A DNA stretch of 4,960 nucleotides from a virus (lineage: Duplodnaviria > Heunggongvirae > Uroviricota > Caudoviricetes): positions 1 through 4,960 of the IMG/VR virus record IMGVR_UViG_2703719355_000011. One strand, written 5' to 3'. The notes under the pieces were generated by a model. It was not told the origin of the DNA. It ran no database searches and worked only from the letters and a program-made list of their open reading frames with translations. Position 1 is the stretch's first letter; the number at the start of each line of letters is the position of its first letter. Shown here piece after piece: positions 1-4,960 of this stretch. The position numbers and the translations under genes were made by a program.

Positions 1-353
1 TGGCGGGAATTGATATGCCGGATTTTGAGCGTGAGGATGACTGGTGGCGCAACGGTCAGAACCTTTACCTGGACAATATGGCGGTCACCGGCTTTTACCG
101 GGTGCCCCTGTCCTCTGCACAGGCGGGCGATATTCTGCTGTGCTGCTTTGGTGCTTCGGTACCGAACCATGCCGCCATTTACTGCGGCAACGGTGAGCTG
201 CTTCACCATCTGCCTGAACAACTGAGTAAACGGGAGAGGTATTCCGAAAAATGGCAACGACGAACGCATTCTGTCTGGCGTCACCGCCACTGGCACGCAT
301 CTGCCTTCACGGGGATTTGCAACGATTTGGCCGCCGCCTCAGCCTGTATGTGA
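1..353 (+). CDS. K: Tail assembly protein K (NlpC/P60-type tail tip assembly protein), C-terminal part; 5' end lies upstream of the window
   Basis: Reading frame 3 is open from the window edge (codons start at position 3) to the TAA ending at 353; the track ORF 15..353 is only the segment after the first internal ATG. The translation (MPDFEREDDWWRNGQNLYLDNMAVTGFYRVPLSSAQAGDILLCCFGASVPNHAAIYCGNGELLHHLPEQLSKRERY...) closely resembles the C-terminus of phage lambda gpK as I recall it. Position directly upstream of, and overlapping, an I homolog matches lambda gene order. Confidence 0.88.
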   Translation, partial: AGIDMPDFEREDDWWRNGQNLYLDNMAVTGFYRVPLSSAQAGDILLCCFGASVPNHAAIYCGNGELLHHLPEQLSKRERYSEKWQRRTHSVWRHRHWHASAFTGICNDLAAASACM

Positions 354-931
354 ACACGGCAGCGGAAGCCATTCGCGCCCTGTCGATGCAGATGCCGGGC
401 TTTCGCCGTCAGATGAACGAAGGCTGGTACCAGATACGTATTGCCGGTGATGACACGGCACCGGAGGCGGTGTACGCCCGTCTTCACGAACAGCTGGGTG
501 AGGGAACGGTCATCCACATTGTGCCGCGACTGGCCGGGGCCGGAAAGGGTGGACTGCAGATTGTGCTGGGGGCGGCGGCCATCGTGGGGTCGTTCTTCAC
601 TGCCGGGGCATCAATGGCGTTATGGGGTTCAGCCCTGGCAGCCGGCGGTTTTTCTGCCACCACGATGCTGTTTTCACTGGGTGCCAGCATGATACTGGGT
701 GGTGTGGCACAGATGCTGGCCCCGAAGCCAAAAACACCGGAATACAGGGCAACGGATAACGGTAAACAGAACACGTACTTTTCGTCGCTGGATAACATGA
801 TTGCCCAGGGGAACCCGATGCCGGTGCCTTACGGTGAAATGCTGGTTGGCTCACGGCGAATCTCCCAGGACATCAGTACCCGTGATGAAGGCGGTGACGG
901 GAAGGTGGTGGTTATCGGGCGGCAGGCATAA
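251..931 (+). CDS. I: Tail assembly protein I (tail tip assembly, ubiquitin-like N-terminus with Gly/Ala-rich hydrophobic C-terminal half)
   Basis: ATG at 251 preceded by the Shine-Dalgarno-like GGGAGAGG (231..238); 226-aa ORF ending at TAA 929..931. The translation (MATTNAFCLASPPLARICLHGDLQRFGRR...NGKQNTYFSSLDNMIAQGNPMPVPYGEMLVGSRRISQDISTRDEGGDGKVVVIGRQA) is recognisably similar to lambda gpI along its length. The 103-nt out-of-frame overlap with K (251..353) matches the lambda K/I arrangement. Confidence 0.93.
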   Translation: MATTNAFCLASPPLARICLHGDLQRFGRRLSLYVNTAAEAIRALSMQMPGFRRQMNEGWYQIRIAGDDTAPEAVYARLHEQLGEGTVIHIVPRLAGAGKGGLQIVLGAAAIVGSFFTAGASMALWGSALAAGGFSATTMLFSLGASMILGGVAQMLAPKPKTPEYRATDNGKQNTYFSSLDNMIAQGNPMPVPYGEMLVGSRRISQDISTRDEGGDGKVVVIGRQA

Positions 932-943
932 AAGCGAAAAAAT

Positions 944-967
944 CCCGCAGTGACCGAAGGCTGCGGG
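944..967 (-). terminator. Terminator-like hairpin (perfect 7-bp stem CCCGCAG/CTGCGGG, 10-nt loop) immediately 3' of I; the U-tract follows it only on the minus strand
   Basis: Seen directly: CCCGCAG (944..950), loop tgaccgaagg, CTGCGGG (961..967). On the + strand the downstream sequence is aacagaaaatg (not T-rich). On the - strand the hairpin is followed by ATTTTTTCGCTTT (complement of 931..943), which looks like an intrinsic terminator for a leftward transcript. No promoter was identified for such a transcript. Confidence 0.35.
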
Positions 968-968
968 A

Positions 969-984
969 ACAGAAAATGAAGATT
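969..984 (+). repeat. Direct repeat copy 1 (ACAGAAAATG-AAGAT) in the I-J spacer
   Basis: The 10-mer ACAGAAAATG at 969..978 is identical to 1059..1068, and the following AAGAT also recurs in copy 2 after a 2-nt TG insertion. Each copy sits just 3' of a GC-rich palindrome (944..967 and 1027..1058). Confidence 0.45.
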
Positions 985-1058
985 AACCACAGGGAGTTTT
1001 GTTTTTATTGGCCCGAAAAAACTGTAACGCCCGGGAATGATATCTGCCACGGGGGCGT

Positions 1059-1076
1059 ACAGAAAATGTGAAGATA
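1059..1076 (+). repeat. Direct repeat copy 2 (ACAGAAAATG-TG-AAGAT) in the I-J spacer
   Basis: Identical 10-mer to 969..978, about 90 bp downstream. Preceded by the imperfect palindrome ACGCCC...GGGCGT (1027..1032 / 1053..1058). Suggests an imperfect ~90-bp tandem duplication or paired binding sites. Confidence 0.45.
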
Positions 1077-1101
1077 TTCAGAATTTTTATTCAGTCATGA
1101 T

Positions 1102-1134
1102 ACAGGCATCCTCCGGGATGCCTGTTGTTTTTGT
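1102..1134 (+). terminator. Rho-independent terminator-like stem-loop (10-bp perfect stem, UCCG tetraloop, then TGTTTTTGT) 33 nt upstream of the J start codon
   Basis: Seen directly: ACAGGCATCC (1102..1111), loop TCCG (1112..1115), GGATGCCTGT (1116..1125), then tgtttttgt (1126..1134). The T-rich tract follows the hairpin only on the + strand. Strength and function are not measurable from sequence; in a late operon such a site would normally be read through by Q-antiterminated polymerase. Confidence 0.55.
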
Positions 1135-1166
1135 GCGTAACAGTTATCACAGTAAAGGGTGAGACA

Positions 1167-4100
1167 ATGGGCAAAGGTGGCGGCAAGGCGCACACGCCGG
1201 TTGAGGCAAAGGACAATCTTAAGTCCACGCAGATGATGAGCGTGATTGATGCGATTGGTGAAGGGCCGATTGAAGGTCCGGTGAAGGGGCTGCAGAGTAT
1301 CCTGGTGAACAAAACCCCGCTGACGGACACGGACGGTAATCCTGTGATACATGGTGTGACAGCGGTCTGGCGCGCCGGGGAGCAGGAGCAGACACCACCT
1401 GAAGGCTTTGAGTCCTCCGGGGCGGAAACCGCACTGGGCGTGGAAGTGACGAAGGCAAAGCCGGTGACGCGCACCATTACGTCCGCGAACATTGACCGCC
1501 TGCGGGTCACCTTCGGGGTGCAGTCACTGTTGGAGACCACCTCAAAGGGCGACCGTAATCCCTCTTCTGTCCGACTGCTGATTCAGTTACAGCGTAACGG
1601 TAACTGGGTGACGGAAAAGGATGTCACCATTAACGGCAAGACCACCTCGCAGTTTCTGGCGTCGGTGATTCTGGATAATCTGCCTCCCCGCCCCTTTAAC
1701 ATCCGGATGGTCAGGGAGACGGCGGACAGCACCACGGACCAGCTGCAGAACAGAACGCTGTGGTCGTCATACACCGAAATCATCGATGTGAAACAGTGCT
1801 ACCCGAACACGGCCATTGTGGGGATGCAGGTGGATGCGGAGCAGTTTGGTGGTCAGCAGATGACGGTGAACTACCATATCCGCGGTCGCATCATCCAGGT
1901 GCCGTCAAACTATGACCCGGAAAAACGCACGTACAGTGGTATCTGGGACGGCAGTCTGAAACCGGCATACAGCAACAATCCGGCCTGGTGTCTGTGGGAC
2001 ATGCTGACTCACCCGCGCTACGGCATGGGAAAACGTCTGGGGGCGGCGGATGTGGACAAGTGGGCGCTGTATGCCATCGGGCAGTACTGCGACCAGATGG
2101 TGCCGGATGGCTTCGGGGGCACCGAGCCGCGGATGACCTTCAATGCGTACCTGGCACAACAGCGTAAGGCGTGGGATGTTCTCAGTGATTTCTGCTCGGC
2201 GATGCGCTGTATGCCGGTATGGAACGGTCAGACGCTGACGTTCGTTCAGGACCGCCCGTCGGATGTGGTGTGGCCGTACACCAACAGCGATGTGGTGGTG
2301 GATGATAACGGCGTGGGATTCCGCTACAGCTTCAGTGCCCTGAAGGACCGGCACACGGCGGTGGAGGTGAATTACACCGACCCGCAGAACGGCTGGCAGA
2401 CCTCCACGGAACTGGTGGAAGACCCGGAAGCCATACTGCGCTACGGGCGCAATCTGCTGAAGATGGACGCGTTCGGCTGTACCAGCCGCGGTCAGGCCCA
2501 CCGTGCCGGACTGTGGGTGATAAAGACCGGACTGCTGGAAACGCAGACGGTGGATTTCACGCTCGGGTCTCAGGGGCTGCGGCACACACCCGGTGACATC
2601 ATTGAAATCTGTGATAACGACTATGCCGGGACCCTGACCGGCGGACGTGTCCTGTCCATTGATGCTGCCACCCGCACCCTGACGCTGGACCGTGAAGTGA
2701 CACTTCCGGAGACCGGTGCCGCCACGGTGAACCTGATTAACGGCAGCGGTAAGCCGGTGAGTGTGGACATCACCGAACACCCCGCGCCGGACCGGATACA
2801 GGTCAGTACCCTGCCTGATGGTGTGGAGACATACGGGGTGTGGGGACTCTCCCTGCCGTCACTGCGCCGTCGCCTGTTCCGCTGTGTCTCCGTCCGGGAA
2901 AACACGGACGGCACCTTTGCCATCACGGCGGTGCAGCACGTACCGGAAAAAGAAGCCATCGTGGATAACGGTGCCCGCTTTGAGCCGCAGTCAGGTTCCC
3001 TGAACAGCGTCATCCCACCGGCAGTGCAGCACCTGACGGTGGAGGTGAGCGCAGCTGACGGCCAGTATCTGGCGCAGGCGAAATGGGACACGCCGCGGGT
3101 GGTGAAGGGTGTGCGCTTCAGTCTGCGCCTGACCAGTGGTAAGGGAACGGATGCCAGACTGGTGACCACCGCCATCACCGCAGACACGGAGCACCGTTTC
3201 AGCGGCCTGCCGCTCGGGGAATACACCCTGACGGTGCGGGCGATAAACAGCTATGGCCAGCAGGGTGAACCTGCCACCACCACCTTCCGGATTGCCGCAC
3301 CGGCAGCACCGTCGCGGATTGAGCTGACGCCGGGCTATTTTCAGATAACCGCCACGCCGCATCTTGCCGTTTATGACCCGACGGTACAGTTTGAGTTCTG
3401 GTTCTCGGAAAAGCGGATTGCGGATATCAGGCAGGTTGAAACCGCAGCCCGCTATCTTGGCTCGGCGCTGTACTGGATAGCTGCCAGTATCAATATCAAA
3501 CCGGGCCATGATTATTATTTTTATATCCGCAGTGTGAATACTGTTGGCAAATCGGCATTCGTGGAGGCTGTCGGTCGGGCGAGCGATGATGCGGAAGGTT
3601 ACCTGGATTTTTTCAAAGGAGAAATCGGGAAAACACATCTGGCCCAGGAGCTGTGGACGCAGATTGATAACGGTCAGCTTGCGCCTGACCTGGCTGAAAT
3701 CAGGACGTCCATTACGGATGTCAGCAATGAAATCACGCAGACCGTCAATAAGAAACTGGAAGACCAGAGTGCGGCAATTCAGCAGATACAGAAGGTTCAG
3801 GTTGATACAAATAATAACCTGAACAGCATGTGGGCTGTGAAGCTGCAGCAGATGCAGGACGGACGCCTTTATATCGCGGGTATTGGTGCCGGTATTGAGA
3901 ACACCCCTGACGGCATGCAGAGTCAGGTGCTGCTGGCGGCAGACAGGATTGCGATGATTAATCCTGCGAATGGCAACACAAAGCCGATGTTTGTTGGGCA
4001 GGGCGATCAGATATTCATGAACGAAGTGTTCCTGAAACGCCTGACGGCTCCCACCATTACCAGCGGCGGTAATCCTCCGGTATTTTCCCTGACACCGGAC

Positions 4101-4640
4101 GGGCGGCTGACGGCGAAAAATGCCGATATCAGCGGTAACGTGAATGCGAACTCCGGGACGCTCAACAACGTCACGATTAACGAGAACTGTCGGGTTCTGG
4201 GAAAACTGTCCGCGAACCAGATTGAAGGCGATCTCGTTAAAACAGTGAGCAAAGCTTTCCCCCGGGACTCCCGTGCACCGGAACGGTGGCCATCAGGGAC
4301 CATCACCGTCAGGGTTTATGACGATCAGCCCTTTGACCGGCAGATTGTTATTCCGGCGGTGGCATTCAGCGGCGCTAAACATGAGCGGGAGAATAACGAT
4401 ATTTATTCGTCATGCCGCCTGATAGTACGGAAAAACGGTGCTGAAATTTATAACCGTACCGCGCTGGATAATACGCTGATTTACAGTGGTGTTATTGATA
4501 TGCCTGCCGGTCACGGTCACATGACACTGGAGTTTTCGGTGTCAGCATGGCTGGTAAATAACTGGTATCCCACAGCAAGTATCAGCGATTTGCTGGTTGT
4601 GGTGATGAAGAAAGCCACTGCAGGCATCACGATTAGCTGA
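1167..4640 (+). CDS. J: Tail tip / host specificity protein J (central tail fibre, lambda gpJ family), 1157 aa
   Basis: Track ORF 1125..4640; the start is more likely the in-frame ATG at 1167 ([22 protein letters not shown]...), preceded by the purine-rich AAAGGGTGAG (1154..1163), whereas 1125 lies inside the upstream hairpin. The N-terminus and many internal blocks (e.g. [103 protein letters not shown]) match lambda gpJ as I recall it. Size and position after K-I and before lom fit. Confidence 0.96.
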   Translation: MGKGGGKAHTPVEAKDNLKSTQMMSVIDAIGEGPIEGPVKGLQSILVNKTPLTDTDGNPVIHGVTAVWRAGEQEQTPPEGFESSGAETALGVEVTKAKPVTRTITSANIDRLRVTFGVQSLLETTSKGDRNPSSVRLLIQLQRNGNWVTEKDVTINGKTTSQFLASVILDNLPPRPFNIRMVRETADSTTDQLQNRTLWSSYTEIIDVKQCYPNTAIVGMQVDAEQFGGQQMTVNYHIRGRIIQVPSNYDPEKRTYSGIWDGSLKPAYSNNPAWCLWDMLTHPRYGMGKRLGAADVDKWALYAIGQYCDQMVPDGFGGTEPRMTFNAYLAQQRKAWDVLSDFCSAMRCMPVWNGQTLTFVQDRPSDVVWPYTNSDVVVDDNGVGFRYSFSALKDRHTAVEVNYTDPQNGWQTSTELVEDPEAILRYGRNLLKMDAFGCTSRGQAHRAGLWVIKTGLLETQTVDFTLGSQGLRHTPGDIIEICDNDYAGTLTGGRVLSIDAATRTLTLDREVTLPETGAATVNLINGSGKPVSVDITEHPAPDRIQVSTLPDGVETYGVWGLSLPSLRRRLFRCVSVRENTDGTFAITAVQHVPEKEAIVDNGARFEPQSGSLNSVIPPAVQHLTVEVSAADGQYLAQAKWDTPRVVKGVRFSLRLTSGKGTDARLVTTAITADTEHRFSGLPLGEYTLTVRAINSYGQQGEPATTTFRIAAPAAPSRIELTPGYFQITATPHLAVYDPTVQFEFWFSEKRIADIRQVETAARYLGSALYWIAASINIKPGHDYYFYIRSVNTVGKSAFVEAVGRASDDAEGYLDFFKGEIGKTHLAQELWTQIDNGQLAPDLAEIRTSITDVSNEITQTVNKKLEDQSAAIQQIQKVQVDTNNNLNSMWAVKLQQMQDGRLYIAGIGAGIENTPDGMQSQVLLAADRIAMINPANGNTKPMFVGQGDQIFMNEVFLKRLTAPTITSGGNPPVFSLTPDGRLTAKNADISGNVNANSGTLNNVTINENCRVLGKLSANQIEGDLVKTVSKAFPRDSRAPERWPSGTITVRVYDDQPFDRQIVIPAVAFSGAKHERENNDIYSSCRLIVRKNGAEIYNRTALDNTLIYSGVIDMPAGHGHMTLEFSVSAWLVNNWYPTASISDLLVVVMKKATAGITIS
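3015..3302 (+). other. Fibronectin type III-like domain within J (approx. aa 617..712)
   Basis: Segment [42 protein letters not shown]...[28 protein letters not shown] has the length and alternating beta-strand pattern (W...Y.L.V.A) typical of FN3 domains reported in gpJ-family proteins. Assigned by eye, not by a profile search. Confidence 0.5.
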
Positions 4641-4659
4641 ATTTTATAACCCAGATACG

Positions 4660-4686
4660 GGCGCCAGAAATGGTGCCTTTTTTATT
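4660..4686 (+). terminator. Rho-independent terminator-like hairpin (7-bp stem with one G-U pair, GAAA tetraloop, T6 tract) between J and lom
   Basis: Seen directly: GGCGCCA (4660..4666), GAAA (4667..4670), TGGTGCC (4671..4677), then ttttttatt (4678..4686). It begins 20 nt after the J stop (TGA 4638..4640) and ends 22 nt before the lom ATG. Confidence 0.55.
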
Positions 4687-4707
4687 GCAGAAAAGCGAGA
4701 GGTAATT

Positions 4708-4960
4708 ATGCGTAAAGTTTGTGCAGCCATTTTGTCCGCAGCCATCTGTCTGTCCGTATCCGGTGCGCCTGCATGGGCATCTGAACATCAGTCCACGCTG
4801 AGCGCGGGGTATCTCCATGCCTCGACGAACGTTCCCGGTAGTGATGATCTGAACGGGATTAACGTGAAATACCGTTATGAGTTTACGGACACTCTGGGAA
4901 TGGTGACGTCATTCAGCTATGCAGGAGACAAGAATCGCCAGCTGACCCGTTACAGCGATA
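4708..4960 (+). CDS. lom: Lom-like outer membrane protein (Ail/Lom/PagC/OmpX beta-barrel family), N-terminal 84 codons; 3' end lies beyond the window
   Basis: ATG at 4708 preceded by GAGAGG (4696..4701); the frame is open to the window end, so it is absent from the stop-bounded ORF track. The translation (MRKVCAAILSAAICLSVSGAPAWASEHQSTLSAGYLHASTNVPGSDDLNGINVKYRYEFTDTLGMVTSFSYAGDKNRQLTRYSD) has a signal-peptide-like N-terminus (hydrophobic core, APAWA-SEH cleavage-like site) and closely resembles lambda Lom as I recall it. Position directly after J matches lambda. Confidence 0.92.
   Translation, partial: MRKVCAAILSAAICLSVSGAPAWASEHQSTLSAGYLHASTNVPGSDDLNGINVKYRYEFTDTLGMVTSFSYAGDKNRQLTRYSD

Noticed and set aside
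10-225. 71-aa plus-strand ORF (10..225) and minus-strand ORF (85..300) overlapping K
   Set aside because: These are alternative frames within the K coding region, and the frame-3 K translation is the one matching lambda gpK. Their Arg/Cys/Thr-rich translations are typical of off-frame readings.
441-854. ORFs 441..692 (+), 484..798 (-) and 597..854 (-) inside I
   Set aside because: All lie within the I coding region in other frames or on the other strand, with low-complexity translations and no start signals. Artefacts of GC-rich coding sequence.
1027-1058. Second GC-rich palindrome in the spacer (ACGCCC...GGGCGT) as a possible independent terminator
   Set aside because: The stem is only 6 bp with a ~20-nt loop and no adjacent T-tract on either strand. 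It is too weak to call as a terminator and is noted only as part of the repeat unit.
1125-1166. Upstream extension of J from the ATG at 1125 ([14 protein letters not shown]...)
   Set aside because: The 1125 ATG lies inside the 3' arm of the terminator-like hairpin and has no Shine-Dalgarno sequence. The in-frame ATG at 1167 has a purine-rich ribosome-binding site and gives the conserved MGKGG... N-terminus of gpJ-family proteins.
829-1540. Minus-strand ORFs 829..1050, 1091..1540, 1095..1352, 1219..1458 and 1583..1783
   Set aside because: They run antisense through the 3' end of I, the spacer hairpins and the 5' end of J. None has a credible start context, and the translations are Pro/Ser/Arg-rich. 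The spacer's minus-strand potential is treated as a possible RNA, not these ORFs.
1905-2780. 291-aa ORF on the minus strand, antisense to J
   Set aside because: It lies entirely inside the well-supported J coding region. GC-rich genes with strong codon bias commonly yield long stop-free antisense frames. The product is Arg/His/Pro/Gly-rich low-complexity sequence with no recognisable motif and there is no start context. Judged an artefact.
2761-3003. 80-aa plus-strand ORF in an alternative frame within J
   Set aside because: Off-frame relative to J, with a Cys/Arg/Ser/Pro-rich low-complexity translation and no ribosome-binding site. Artefact.
2621-3638. Two further minus-strand ORFs antisense to J (2621..3226, 201 aa; 2991..3638, 215 aa)
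   Set aside because: Same reasoning as above: embedded in J, low-complexity Arg/Ser/Cys-rich translations, no ribosome-binding sites.
3544-3822. 92-aa plus-strand ORF in an alternative frame within J
   Set aside because: Off-frame relative to J, Arg/Lys/Ser-rich, no ribosome-binding site. Artefact.
4633-4818. 61-aa minus-strand ORF overlapping the lom start
   Set aside because: It is antisense to the strongly supported lom N-terminus (signal peptide plus conserved Lom sequence) and runs through the J-lom terminator. Judged spurious.
1-4960. Looked for CRISPR repeats, tRNA-like cloverleaf candidates, integrase or transposase signatures, attachment-site repeats and Chi (GCTGGTGG) sites
   Set aside because: By eye there are no regularly spaced repeat-spacer units, no tRNA-like structures and no recombinase-like ORFs. 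The only repeats are the short pair in the I-J spacer. No exact Chi octamer was seen on either strand, though this was not an exhaustive computational search.

Overview
This window is the tail-tip end of a lambda-like (lambdoid, siphovirus-type) late operon, all on the + strand: the 3' end of tail assembly gene K (1..353, 5'-partial), tail assembly gene I (251..931, overlapping K by 103 nt in another frame), a 235-bp non-coding spacer (932..1166), the tail tip / host-specificity gene J (1167..4640, 1157 aa), an intrinsic terminator, and the start of the Lom/Ail/PagC-family outer-membrane moron lom (4708..>4960, 3'-partial). Gene calls rest on the ORF track plus protein-level resemblance to phage lambda K, I, J and Lom as I recall them; no database search was run. 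I see no tRNA, rRNA, CRISPR array, transposase or integrase. The one region the canonical module does not explain is the I-J spacer: it is AT-rich, has no convincing ORF, and carries terminator-like hairpins at both ends facing inward, an imperfect direct repeat and a 31-codon ORF. It is the best candidate here for something undescribed (small RNA, small protein or regulatory insert), but that is a hypothesis from sequence alone. The J protein also appears to diverge from lambda J in a central segment and at the C-terminal receptor-binding end, suggesting a receptor other than LamB. The long antisense ORFs inside J are judged to be artefacts.
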